In this document: piece after piece, positions 48,395 to 61,949 of the stretch
How positions within the stretch are numbered: the stretch's first letter is position 1
How the letters are laid out: each line of letters starts with the position of its first letter
Source: Antedon mediterranea
Lineage: Eukaryota; Animalia; Echinodermata
Length of the DNA stretch: 64,000 nt
Assembly: GCF_964355755.1 (NCBI RefSeq)
Contig: NC_092674.1
Coordinates: 14,012,001 to 14,076,000 of the forward strand
Direction of reading: 5' to 3'
Position numbers and translations under genes: made by a program
The notes under the pieces: generated by a model
Databases searched by the model: none
What the model was told of the DNA's origin: nothing
What the model saw: only the letters and a program-made list of their open reading frames with translations

Positions 48395-50047
48395 CTAAAA
48401 ATGTCGGCATTTAAAACAGTATACTGTGTCTTCATATTGTGAGTATTCAATCCAAAGATATTTGTCATATAAAGAAGAATTAAATGCTCTAAATTGCTTT
48501 CCAATTAGATGGGAGGGAACAGTTATATTTCGAGGTTGGACTGGCTGACCGTTTCTCGAAAACGACAAGTTACTTGGGTCCAAACGTACACTCACAGCCG
48601 TTTGTTTTTCCCCGTCACTGGTAGCTTTATTTCATCGTACACTCACAGCCGTTTGTTTTTCCCCGTCACTGGTAGCTTTACTTCATCGTACACTCACAGC
48701 CGTTTGTTTTTCCCCGTCACTGGTAGCTTTACTTCATCGTACACTCACAGCCGTTTGTTTTTCCCCGTCACTGGTAGCTTTACTTCATCGTACACTCACA
48801 GCCGTTTGTTTTTCCCCGTCACTGGTAGCTTTCATCAGTCACTGTGTAAGAAACTATAAATCAAAATAAAACCTTCATAAACGTAACACTTTTACGGTTG
48901 TTTGACCGTCATTTATGGACTGACCAACAATATTGACAAATTAAACATGAATAGCGTTTTTACATATTTAAATATTGTATAGTTTTTTGTATGTGTTTGC
49001 ATGTAATTATTTTTATCATGTATTTTAACATTGGGATACGAATTTCAATTAATGTATTGGACAATAAATTTGAACTTGATTGTATTCATCAGTTCTCTAT
49101 AATCTCATCCAATCAACGCACTCAACGGTACAGTACGGTATGTTTAACATTGTAATGAGAGTTGCATATATCATGACGTCACATTTGAGAATTAACATCC
49201 AACCTTTATTGATGTGAGTATGACTATGTTGTCAAGGGTCTATTTTTGTATTTTTATTTATTCAACTTCACACTAACTCTGTTAGTGAAGGATCTGGACC
49301 AACAGGTGGTAAACACCTAAAATCCCAGCTGGACCTGCCTCATTATTTTCAATATCTGAATATTCTTCAAAATCAAAACGTATTTCTGCTTCTATACTAC
49401 TGCCGTCGGAACTATCACTTTCAAGAGAGGATTTAGATTTCTCTATTTCTTTTTTAACCTTCATATAAAATTGACAACTTAAGTTTGTGACTTTGTTAAT
49501 TACCTTTAACGTCATATCAATCAAACTAAAATCACGTGTTTTTAGTAAGAAAATAAACAATAATTATGTTATTATTAGGCCTAAGTAATAATAGATGTAT
49601 GAGTATCGTACTATCATCACCATCACCCGGTTGCGTTTCAATCACTTCGCTGACTGCCAAAGCCTCATGAGCTGCTTTATGTCTCTCGACGACAAAGCAC
49701 AAGAACTTAAAAATGCATTCATAGTTCGTTGTTTTCTCACAATTCGACAATGGTTGTCACTGGTGCAATGCGACCGCATTCATAAACATCCTTATGCTTC
49801 GATTTCCTATGCCTAGAAGCATAATCGTTCTGAAAAATGTCATTGCACAAAGTGCAGCGCACATTAAACCTATTCGCTTTCGCCATTTTCAGGTCTATTC
49901 AACGGAGCAGAGCCAGAGCGTCGAGTTTTGCAGCTATACGTACAGTACGTCATCTGATAAACTGGGGTGAGTGACCACATGTGCGCGTTTTTTCTCAGCT
50001 CAGCTCATACGTCAGCTAAAGTTAATACTTACACATTTTGGTCCCTG
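48395..50047 (-). mobile_element. hAT transposon 5' portion with degenerate multi-exon transposase (N-terminal zinc finger + TTF-type zinc finger)
   Basis: ATG at 49886: MAKANRFNVRCTLCNDIFQNDYASRHRKSKH.../RKQRTMNAFL. Acidic exon ~49290-49470. TTF-like GQPVQP...RAFNSSLYDKYLWIEYSQYEDTVYCFKCRHF at 48395-48595. Candidate end CAGGGACCAAAA at ~50047. Confidence 0.7.
48585..48834. repeat. 51-bp tandem repeat, ~5 near-identical copies
   Basis: CGTACACTCACAGCCGTTTGTTTTTCCCCGTCACTGGTAGCTTTACTTCAT. Confidence 0.96.
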
Positions 50048-51249
50048 GATGGAACATCACGCGTAAACCGCAATGGGCTGGGCCCAATGTTAAACGATTC
50101 GAGGGACACACAAGTACATACAAGTGCGTACCTATTTGTTAGACAGCTGGCGATAATGCATATATATAAAGTGTAATAGCCCTCCGACGTACTGACGGTC
50201 AAAATGGAACATCTCTATTTTCTAGGCGCTGAAGCTACGAATTATTTTTACTGTATATTATATTCCCCGACAAAAAGGCTCCCCTCCCCGTTATATCTTG
50301 ATTCCGTCACAAATAAAACTACTAATAACAGTATCGGTGGCATATTTAACAATATTGCAATATTTTACTTTAAAATATTAAAACTATATATATAGTATAA
50401 CATTTAAATAAAGTTGGAGAAATAAAACAACCTTTTATATAAGTATAAATTTGACAAGATGAGATGAAATATTAAAACTTGAGGTAAAATAGTGTTAAAT
50501 GCACTGGGGGAATCGATAAAGATAGACCATTTAATAATAAAAATAATTAATTGGCACTACATTTTTTTTTTATCAGTGGCACACTTCAACTTGTGAAGGT
50601 GCGTCCAAAGAAACAAAATATAACAGTAAAAAAGAGAAATACAAAAATAGAAATATACATTCCAATTAAAAAAGGAGAGATCTCCTATTCCATGTGTCAT
50701 ATTATTATGTTTCTACATTCCTATGGTTTGATAAAAGATGTTTTAGACTAGACTAGATCTGCTAAATTTATAAGCCAATCATATGGTACTATTTTGGAGG
50801 GAAACTTATGGAGGGAAGGAAGGAATATCCTCCTCTGAAGCCCCTCATTTGCATGTTGAGTATAAAAAAGAAATGTTATATATATTGAAGAGAAGAGAAA
50901 AGATTATGATAGTAGAAAGACGTATAGAGTATAGAGAAGAAAGGTCTAGACTGATAGAAAGTTGTATTGTATTAATACGGAGTTACAAGAAATACAAGTT
51001 GATATAGTAAAATATACTTGTTGTGTGTGGAATCACTTTCAGTCTGTGTACGGTCTCGTGGATTAATACGCCAGAGAAAGCATACGCTCGGAACCAACAC
51101 TATAAACCCACTACACCATTCGCTTTACACACATAGGCCTATTCCTTGCAATATTTATCAAAGAAATGGTTTGATTGCTCTTTATAACATAGATAAATAT
51201 TTACGAAAATTAACATAAATGTTGTGGCATTTGTGCTAGTATTAAATAT

Positions 51250-51680
51250 CTCCCAGGATTGTTCTTGTCCATTTAAAATTAAAAGCTTCTTTTAACTTTT
51301 GCATTTCTGTTTGTCTTATATCATTGTATGCTGCACAATCAAAAATGAAGTGCATATTACTGTATCTTCAATGACATCAAGTGAGCACAATGTGCAATTT
51401 CCATTTATAGAAAAATTGGCCTATTTGTATGTCCGACCATCTAAAGCTAGTGTGTTGGAGCGTATAAACATTGGTACTATCAAGGAGATATTCCTAGGTG
51501 CAGTCTTAAATTCAGCATATTGAGTAAGTGAGGATTTTGCTTTCATATTTTCACGCCACTTGTCAAGAAACAATCTATAATAAGTATCTTTGAAATTTGA
51601 AATCCATGGCGTTAAGTAATCTTTACATTTAGGTTTATTATATTCTGAGAAAAACTTATCTGCTAAATTTAGAAACTTGA
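51250..51680 (-). pseudogene. LINE ORF2 C-terminal CCHC zinc-finger remnant
   Basis: KWRENMKAKSSLTQYAEFK...NCTLCSLDVIEDTVMHFIFDCAAYNDIRQ. Confidence 0.65.
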
Positions 51681-51739
51681 AAAGAAAATCTTTGGTTACG
51701 TCCTTGGTTTATCACTGTTAACAGCTTTAATAGCTTTGG

Positions 51740-51960
51740 CCACCTATACATAACATTGTTTTGGAATCAAGGCGTTGGTAAATATTATTGAGAAAATAAT
51801 TAACAGCATCGTTGACCTCTCTATGCAAATTGGTTCTTATCCAGGCTACATTACAAATGTTTTCTTAAGTCTTGATTCAATCTTTCTAAACATTAGATTA
51901 AAAGTAATTGTAACTGACCTAAAATCTGTTGGTACACTGGGTCTATTTACTGGCAATGGG
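51740..51960 (-). pseudogene. Rex1/Babar-like RT remnant
   Basis: ..CLERL...LDKNQFA..VNDAVNYFLNNIYQRLDSK. Confidence 0.55.
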
Positions 51961-54022
51961 TTAATAATATAAATATACGCGTAGAACAGTAGGCCTACCA
52001 CTAATAAAAAATAATATTAAAAATAAAATCGGATATAATTGCTTATTGCACACTTTCAAAATTATAATTCCCTGTTGTTTTCAAATGAATAAATAAAAAT
52101 GAACGGACATAACATAACATTGTGAGGCACGGTAAACATATCTGCATGAATAAAAAAAAAAACCCTAAATATTGTACATAATATAAAATATTCCAACCAG
52201 GGCCAAATTGATGGGATACTGTAATGTACAATCAACTGTACAATGTAATTGATTTTATGTTTTCATAGGATTATTATTGTAAGTCTACTTTACTTCCTTA
52301 TAGGTATGACAATACACTCATCAGTGTTTTATTTTTCTTTTAAGCTTCGCCTGTTTTTTTTTCTGCGAATTACTAGTATTTATAAAAAAAAATCAGTAAA
52401 TATTGTTGCACTTTTAAAGCTGCCTTATATAAAGCTGTGAAACAAATACTATTTGGAGCATAAATGTGTTTCATTTTTTCTTTTACAATTACCACACTTC
52501 CGATATACCGGTACTAGAAAGATTTGTTTATTGGAGAAAAGATCGGTAACAATGAGAGGTCTGTTATTATACTTTGTATAACTTCCTTATATTATTCATA
52601 TTGGAGCAATAATACACTGTGCTATTTAAAGATAGAAAACAAGCACTGCCTATTTCTGTATCACTGTTTGTTATTCACGATTGCATTATTTTTCTGAAGG
52701 TGTGTAAAGCAGAACAATATTTTTTTTTTTTATATCTTTGTTTATTTTGTGTTTTTGTAGTTTATTTTGTATTTTCTGTTTGTTTTGTCTGAGGGTCCCC
52801 AATGATCAGCTGATGCTGGATGGACCACCCTCATAAAATATTGTTGAAATAAAAATAAATAAATAAATAAAAATAAAAAACAATGAATGCTTGCTTTATA
52901 AAACTTCCGGTTTGCTTGTAAGCATACCAGATAGATTTATTTGTTAAGAATAGATAACATAGATAACAATGTTCATGTATTGTTTATAACTTTGTTACTA
53001 GCAAGAATACATTGTGGTTTATATAAGTTTAAGATAGAAAAACCAGCACTACATAGTTGTTGTATAATTTGCAGCTGTATATAGCAAGAATCAATCACAA
53101 CTGGATACTAGTTTTAATGTGAGATTAACTTATTTAAAACAAACTGTCGCGACACAACGACATTTCTTGATTTTAAACTAAATAGACAGGCATCATTAAT
53201 TCTTACTAACGTTTTAAAGTAGCACTAAAGAGCAGAATTATTTTTATTCATTAATTAGAACATAACGTACTTCTAGGTAACTAAAATATAACGAATGTCA
53301 ATTCCAGGAAGGGATCTGACCCTTCTGCCAAGCACAGTCTGTAATCGTATGCGTAGAATGTCGAGTGGCTAGCACATGGTCACGGTAAAACTTGGCAGTT
53401 TATTGATATCTTACAATGGGCCTACATTTAATATATCGCAATTAAGGTCATTGACCCTTTATTTTTCTAGCTAGTTAACTTGGAACACCATATTTCACAC
53501 ATTATTAAAGTGTGTCTGTATTTATCGCGGTGGTGTAATTAGCAATTCGTATTTCCTATTTATTTAGCAAAAGCATTAATATCTTAGAGGACATTTTCTG
53601 TAGGTATAGTTAATACCAAGAATAAGTGCTGATACTGCTCCTAATATTCATTTGTCCATATGAAAAACATTAAAACACAAACAAAAATACATTATGAAAC
53701 TGGCGAATAATAGCAATAACAATAATATAAGATACTTAATTTAAAACATATACAAAATAAAATCACTCTAAAATAAATTGCATTGCCTGCCTTGTACATT
53801 CTACATAAACAAAATTATATGCAATTTAGAGTAGTAGAACTTGATTAGTTCATTAAAAGCTTTTTTTATGAATAGCCTATTACATACACTATATTCGAAA
53901 TAGACTAAATTCAAGACTCAAGGGGCGTTTATTCCAAGGAACGTTTTATGGGGAGAGGGGGTGGGGCGGTTTTGATTCAATTGGCGTTTATTTAAATAAC
54001 CGTAATTGGTTCTATAGGCCTG

Positions 54023-54024
<2 letters not shown>

Positions 54025-54054
<30 letters not shown>
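54025..54054. repeat. (TA)n microsatellite
   Basis: Dinucleotide run. Confidence 0.9.
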
Positions 54055-54056
<2 letters not shown>

Positions 54057-54200
54057 TCCTAGATATGTATGGATTTACGATTGTAAACGCACCAGCAGGC
54101 CTATAAATAAATAATAATATGCATTTATAATACCTTATTATTTATTTCAAATAAAACACAAATTTATATTGACATCCGTGACATACTGTAACTCTATACA

Positions 54201-56398
54201 GAGTGTGACAAAGTGCGAGGCAAGCGAGGTACGCCAAATATTTGTGCGAGGCATCATTTATCATTTCCAAAAGTGCGATGCATGCGACGCATATAGTTTA
54301 CAATTTCAAAAAGGTGCGAGGCATATCTTAACGTGCTATATGCTATATTATGAGTGTTGACAAAGTGCGAGGCAGCGAGGCACGCCAAATATTTGTGCGA
54401 GGCATCATTTTATCATTTCCAAAAGTGCGAGGCATGCGAGGCATATAGTTTACAATTTAAAAAAGGTGCGAGGCATATCTTAACGTGCTATTATGCTATA
54501 TTATAGGCCTAATAATCAATCGATACAAGCGTATCTAAATAGATTCGTGTATACACTCATCATGTTGTTTATTTTTATGTAACGATTGTTTTTTCATTCA
54601 AGTCATATCGTGTCAAATTTTACTTTTACAAAAGTGGCCAAACTACGGTTCAAAAATCTGAACGACAGTCTTCAACTTTCGATAAACAATAATTGTTATA
54701 GCGACACACTCATCAAATGACTTCAATGTTTGTTGGCATTTCGAGCGTGTTCACTCACATGTCTCTCCAACATAGCAGAGTGAAAATAATATTTTGTCAC
54801 ACCCCTGCGCCTAGATCCGGTAGAACCAAGAGATGGAAAATCCCTCTTTACTATTTAGCAGGTAGCGGAATGATTCAGCCCTCAGCTCAGAGGATTGTGG
54901 TGCATTCCCCTCCTATAGCACGTGGTTTCAGCAGCAACGCACAGACTTCTCTCTGAGCGGCGTGCCAAAGACATTTTTGACATTCCATTATCTAGGAACA
55001 ACACGTGTACCTCTCTCGCAAATAAGGTGAACAGCGATTGCCAGGTCAAGTTCAATAACTGGCGGTGAATAAAAGGTAACTGATATGGCGATCCAATAAC
55101 ATGCCGCAAAGAAAAACATTGCGACAGAATTCTGGAGCGCGTGTGAAAAAAGACTTACGTCCGACAATTGTAATACTAGGCCTAAAATTAAACTTTAGCT
55201 AATATGCTTAGCCCTAACCTAGATAAGAGGCCTATGTAGAAAATAATTTAATCAATTTTGATATAATAATAATTGGTGTAATATTTAATAATGATACACT
55301 ATTCCTGTTTTAGTAAGCTAGGTATATTACGAACGATTTTTATTTATTGTTGTCCATGTACGTACTAATAAACCTGGCGCTAGTTTCCTTCGCTTGTATT
55401 TTTACTCCAAATTTGATAACTAACTTTATCGTGTGAATAACACACCTTAGAAGTATACCTCATGAGTACTTTAATGAAAGAATCACATAAAAAGTAACAA
55501 ATAAATCCTTAAATTAATGATTTTACAAATTACAAGCGTGTTTCTCGCACACTGTTCGCGAATTTCACTTATTCAATGTTAAATATTTTTGTTTCTATGG
55601 AGCGCCAAAGGAGCAACGATAATAGAGGACTAAAACTCAGTGGAATGCGTCAATTTCTCATGCATTTATTGGTGAAAAACACGTTTTATTTCAATATATT
55701 TGTTAATTTGTCAATAAAAATGCTGTAATATGTTACTGCTGATACTGTTCTGTTTTCAAAGAATAATAATCAATCCTAAATCAACATCACTACTTTGTCT
55801 AGACCTAGGACATCCTACTAAGGATATTATGATGAATTTTTCTATTTTATTCTTTAAAAGGTTAACGAAACCGTGTACATTATCAACAGTAACATTTTTC
55901 CTTACTGACAGTAACAACATTTATTGAAATTGTACTTGATTTTCACCAAATAATGCGTTAAATATAAATGGATTCCACAGAGTTTTTAGCCCTCTAATTA
56001 ATTTTGCTCTTTTGGCGTTCCATAGAAACCAAAATATTGAACATTGAGTGTGCGAAATGCGAGAAAAACAACGTCTGTAAAATCACCAATTTAATGGATT
56101 TATTGCTACTTTTATGTGATTTTTCTTCATTAAAGTAGGCCTACTAATTCTAAGCTGTGGTATTCAGGATAAAGTTGGTTAAAATACAAGGCAGGTGCAA
56201 AAGGAAACTAGCCTAGCGGGCCTAGGCCTAGGCTACTTCAATTTCGGTGATTTCCTGCCTTGCAATTTTGAGAAATGATAAAATGATGCCTCGCATTTTT
56301 TGATGATGGTAAAACGATGCCTCGCATAAATTTCTGACTTGCCTCGCATGCCTTCCCTGCCTCGCGTGCCTCGCTGCCTCGCACTTTGTTAGTACCCC
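54201..56398. mobile_element. Non-autonomous TIR element with many subterminal GCGAGGCA motifs; left end tandemly duplicated
   Basis: ACAAAGTGCGAGGCAGCGAGGC at ~54208 and ~54360, inverted (GCCTCGCTGCCTCGCACTTTGT) at ~56368-56390. Confidence 0.75.
55378..56212. repeat. Long imperfect inverted repeat (~300-bp arms, ~260-bp loop)
   Basis: 55378-55678 (CTAGTTTCCTT...GTTTCTATGGAGCGCCAAAG...TTGGTGAAAA) is the reverse complement of 55940-56212 (TTTTCACCAA...TTTGGCGTTCCATAGAAAC...AAGGAAACTAG). Confidence 0.8.
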
Positions 56399-56805
56399 TA
56401 TATTATAGGCATAATAATCAATTATTTATATTTTTATAATAGGCCTAGCGTATCGAAATAGATTCGTGTATACACTCATCATGTTGTTTATTTTTATGTA
56501 ACGATTGTTTTTTTCATTCAAGTCATATCGTGTCAAATTTTACTTTTATAAAAGTGCCCAAACTGTTCAAAAGTTGGGAGTCCGTATGCGCCATATTTAA
56601 AAATCTGAACGACAGTCTTCAACTTTCGATAAACAATATTTGTTAGAGCGACACTCATCAAATTACTGCCATGTTGTTTGGTATTTCGAGCTTGTTCACT
56701 TTACAATTATTTTAATATAAAGAATCACATAAAAAGTAACAAATAAATCCTTAAATTAATGATTTTACAGGCGTGTTTCTCACACACTGTTCGCGAATTT
56801 CACTT

Positions 56806-56930
56806 AAGCCCCTTTCTCACAGATGGGCCTGCAATATACCGGTATGATGCTGGCGTCGTACCGTCCATTCTCATCGGACTATCGTGCCGGAAATAACCGG
56901 TATTTAACGGCTTTCTGTGAGAAAGTCGTC
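56806..56930 (+). mobile_element. Left end of a probable PIF/Harbinger-like element
   Basis: TAA-GCCCCTTTCTCACAG...CTGTGAGAAAG. A related TTCTCACAG motif recurs at ~59838. Confidence 0.45.
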
Positions 56931-57121
56931 GGGCATATTCGGCCAATAAAAAGTCTCTGACAAAATAATTATTGAGGGCGTCCTTTATTGTTATTATTTT
57001 TGTCTAGCGATATATGGCGGCGAATTTTAAGTTACAGATTATTATCTTCCTTTATAGCATATTTATGCAATACATGCTATGTACAGTATATTGTGCATAT
57101 ATTATACAGGTACAGCAATTA

Positions 57122-59556
57122 CGAGCCATTGTCTGTAAGAATCAAAGAAATATCAAAAATAGTGGCAGACTAAAAAAAATGGATTTCTTTCAAATTTTGT
57201 ACATGGCTATATATATGTGTTGAGAGAAATCAAATATGAAGTATTTTTTATTTCACACATATATTTCCATGGCAACGGCCAAATTTGTGTTTTTGACAAA
57301 TTTTCTCCTTTTTTAAGGTTTTTTAAAATGGATATTGGTACTACTTTGATGAACGATATTTTTGTTTTGTTCATTTAATTATAAAAAATAATTAGTGTAT
57401 GCATAATAACAATGCATTGTGTACCTGTTTCATATTTTTTATTTATTTTTTATTTCATACTTTGGGAGATACCATTTATTTAAAGAGAGGTATTTGTCAC
57501 TTTTTTTTAATTGTTAAATGCAACGAAACTTTACTTCACCATAACGCCCAAAGTGGTGTATTTTTTTTAGCTGATTTATTACAAATAGGTAGTTCTAATG
57601 TTTAATAAGTGATTTCTAAAATAAAATACTGGGGTAATTTAAAAATCTACAAACAGTGTTGCCCGAAAGATAGGCATTTTTATATAAAAAAAAACATGGT
57701 ATATTAGTAAAAACATTTTATTTTCTTTGAATATCTGATATGAAACTAAACTAAATTATCAGATCGTTGTGAATTTTAATCTTTGCAACAGATTACTCTG
57801 CTCTTATTTTGAAGCTCCTCTTTAATTTTTTTACTTATTTCATTTGCTAACCTAAGCAGATCCCACATGCCCATCCACCACCACTTCCGACTACCCCCCC
57901 CCCCCCCACCGCACTCACCTACCCTGACATAACCATAAAAAGATAAACTGCAACAGAGTTGAGAAAACTACACAGATTTTGACCGACCATTTTTCATATG
58001 ATAAAAGCTTTTAAAATTTGTCTGAAAATGCTAAAAAATACTAAACCACCTGATTATAAATAATAATATAATTCTGGAAAATCGAGAGGCTCGTTTCGTT
58101 AAGAATATCGTGCATAGCCATAATACGTGATTTTGGCCCTTTATCGGCAGACCGCTTTTCCAGGTCCCGAGGGTGGTCACTTACGGGAGGTTCAACTGTA
58201 TTTTAAAAAACAATTATTCTTAGTTACGCATAGAAACAGATTCTAAGATAACATAAATAATACATTTTGACATAATTTGACCCAACAAATGACCCTTTCA
58301 CAAGATCAGACATTTTCAAAGTAAATTTGGGAAAAAAAGTAGTAAAGCTATGTAATCAATTTTTTGTAGTAATGAAACTCCATATTAAAAATATTGTACT
58401 TAGTTACGTATAGAAACAGTTACTACAATACACTATAGGTAAAATGTTGATGTCATTGGACCTCAACATGTAAAATGTAATTTTTTTTTCATAAAAACTC
58501 CATATTTTATTTAAAAAAAATTATTCTTAGTTATGTAAACAGATTATTAGGATTCAGTATTTAAAGTAAATTTGGCAAAAAGTAGATATGTAAAACTATG
58601 TACAAAAAATTTTTGTATTTATGAAAAGACCTATATTTTTAAAATATTTTCGCATAGAAACAGTTACTATGGTAAAATGTTGACCTCATTTTACCTCAAA
58701 ATGAATGAATTTACAAGGTCAAGTTTGTCATCACTTTAAGATTATTAGAATGCAGTAGAAGTAAAATTGAGAAAAATTACAAATGCAATCAATTCTTTGT
58801 ATTCATAAAAACGCCATTTTTTTTTCGTTTTTTTTAACTTAGTTACACATAGAAATGGTTTCTAAGGTAACACTATGGTAAAAAATGAAATTCTCCTATT
58901 TTATCTAAACTATTCGTATGACTCTAGTAGCATTATGACTAGCCACATATACATTTTATTATTGGATTAGCCATATTTAAATTGTGTTTCATGTGTTTTG
59001 TTTGTTGATATTTTGTTTGTATTTTTTTGTATTTTCCGTATTTTCCTGGCAACACAAAACCTATGTACGTAATTTACCCCAGTGTTTTTTCGTGATTATT
59101 GTTGACAAACCTATTGACTATCAAATTACAAAACCTCATTGATATAAAAACACCACTTTGGAAGTTATAGGTACGTTTATGAGCTATACTTTTATAAAAA
59201 AAATATTTTTTAAAAACACCCCTTTTTAAAATAATGGTATCAACCAAACTCCATTTTGTCATTTTTTTTTCTACATTAAATGGAACTCAATACATGTTGT
59301 TTACACTGCTATAAACAAAACCTGTATTTTTGGTTAATATAAGTATACAATTTTGTACTTTTTCACTATAGAAAATCTGTGAAAAATGGCAAAAACATCA
59401 ACATTTGGATAATTGACCGTTGTCATGGCAACGGAGGCTAAAAATTAAAATGAATGTTGTAGATATGCTTTTTATTGAAATGTCTATTCATGGTAAAAAT
59501 TTGAGAGAAATCCATTTTTTTACATCTGCCACCAAATTTGTACAGACAATGGCTCC
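57122..59556. mobile_element. Non-autonomous TIR element (~2.4 kb), TA-flanked
   Basis: GAGCCATTGTCTGTA...GTGGCAGA...AAAAAATGGATTTCT.TCAAATTTT at the left end, inverted at 59495-59555. CATGGCAACGG subterminal motifs. Confidence 0.8.
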
Positions 59557-60408
59557 TAAATAGCCGTCATCGGCAATAAAACACCTTAGAAGGAGAAGTC
59601 AGGCTGTAAAATTTACAAGGCGACGAATGGTCAGGCACCAACAAATTGAAGAGCTATGGCCTAGATTATATGCTACAAATTTCTTCTTGTCCCTTTATTT
59701 TAAGCAGCTCTCTTATCTCATTATCCATCTAGTTCGACATTATTATTGTTAATTGAATTGAATCGGCGGCAAAGTGATACACTTGACCGCGCAAGGTGTC
59801 AAAGCCTCGAGGGGGAATTAAATATAACGGCGTTACGTTCTCACAGAATGCCCGTCTGGCATTGCGGGGAATATCCCTAGTAATATTACTAGGTCTAAAG
59901 TAGGTCATCTTACCCAAAAAGAAAATTAGAATATTTAATAATAATAAGCCTTGGCTCACAAAAGATGTAAGAAAGGAATTACTTAAGAAATGTATTGCAT
60001 CCAAAAACAAATGCAACGAGATGGAAAAGAAAAAGATTCAAAAATGTGTAAATAAGAAAATCAAAGCATGTAAAAAAGAATATGGAGAAAAAATTGAGAA
60101 CAAATTCAAGTGCCGGGACACCCGTCAGGCCTGGAATGGAGTTAGGAAAATTACAGGTATGGGGAAGAAAAATAATGAAATGGAACACAGTTTTAAACCA
60201 AATGATTTTAATATTTTTTATTCTAGATTTGATGAAATAAATTTTAAATGTGAAATGACTGCATCTGCTGAAGGGTTTAAAAATGAAATGAATGATAAAA
60301 GTGCAATAAAAATTGATGTAGATGATGTTAAGAAATATATGGAAAGGGTAAATGTTAGTAAAGCAAAGGGTCCGGACGGTGTATCAGGGCGTTTGATTAG
60401 ATCATGTG

Positions 60409-61949
60409 CTGGGGCGGATCCAGAGGGGGGTCTACGGGGTCCGGACCCCCACCTAAATTTTAAGGGTGCCCTTTTTTTAGAGGTTCAATATTTTATTCGT
60501 GTGACATATTTGTGTGTACAGAGTAGGCTACACTAACCTCAAAAATAAAAACAGAAATTTATCACAATTAGCGCGATGTTAAGTTACGGCGGCCGATCAA
60601 AGAGCATCGTGAGAGGTGGTGACGCGTGATGATCTCTACTTAAACTTCTAAAAATAGATCGTTTCACATACTACAGAGGGCGCATGTAAACTGTTTACGA
60701 TTCAACTCCACGTACGTTACCATGCGCAATATGTCATTGACGCGATTATTTGTCCATTTGTAAACACATTTTTATGTATTATTATTCTGAAAATAATTGA
60801 ACTGTAAACATAATTCTTTTGAGTATTTGTTTATTTACATATCATTCCATCAGATCAACTATTTTTTATTTCCATTACATCCAACCAAACATGTAAAAAA
60901 TGTAGTTAAAATATCGTACTATCTAGCGCGTACGACCATACGCGGTAGTACTCAAAAATCATCGAACGGTCCTTACACTATTCAACCTCTCATGACCTGG
61001 GATTTTTTTGTCTTCCTACGCCAAGATAATATAGTTCTACAAGCCATGTGCTTTTTTCTCTGAGAAATATTTATTAGTAAGTGCCAAAAAAAAATTTTTT
61101 TTTCTCGATATGAAGCCTTTATTATTCAAATCTTTTAAAGAAAAATCATACATACCATAAAGAAGGTTCATTTATTTCATATTTGAAACAATATTTGTGA
61201 AAATTACGTGAGGCTCAACTACAAAACCACCATTTTGTGATATGATGTCATCGTAAGCCAATCAAAGCTGAGCTTTCCCGCGATCGGCAGAGCTCACGGT
61301 TGAATGTCATAATTAATCATGAATTATTCATGATTTCTGCCCACGTTCGTCCTGGAAAAAAAAAATTACGCGAAAGGGTACTACACAAATTTAGAGCAAT
61401 GAATTTGTACGAATTCCGTTAAATAAACAACTCTATATATTTTATAAACATTTAATAACATATTTTATTGATAGGCCTATTTCCAATGTTGATATATAAA
61501 AGAAATTACTATAAAACGTAATTATATGTAATTATTTTAGCGAAAAATGGCGCAATTTGTTACCGTCACGTTCGTGGCTAAAAACGATCATTTTCGGCAA
61601 TGTTTTAGACCCTATATTTCGAAAACTACAAGTCAGATTTTCGTAATTCTTTCTTTATTGGAATATTGAAACAAAATACCAACAGATAATGTTTAAATTG
61701 GTTGAAAAATAACAACTTTTAATTTTGCATCGTTATCCCTGCTAATAAAGTGTCATTTCCGGCGAACTAGAAAGGTGCCATTTATCATGGATTTTGCGTG
61801 CGAGAGTGCCATTTCCGGCCATCTAAGAGTGTGTCCTGTGACAAAATTCGCTTCGCCACAACCCCCACCATGGGGGGGGGGGGGCTGTGGCTCAAATACT
61901 CAATACATGTGCCCTTCCCCCCTCTCAAAAATGTATAGATCCGCCCCAG
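60409..61949. mobile_element. hAT-like MITE (1541 bp) with 5-bp TSD
   Basis: CTGGGGCGGATC...GATCCGCCCCAG termini. ATGTG duplicated at 60404-60408 and 61950-61954. Removing it restores RSC-ASQL of the LINE. Confidence 0.9.

Noticed and set aside
48509-48859. 116-aa plus-strand repeat protein (YTHSRLFFPVTGSFTSS)n
   Set aside because: Antisense reading of the 51-bp repeat inside a minus-strand hAT transposase relic.
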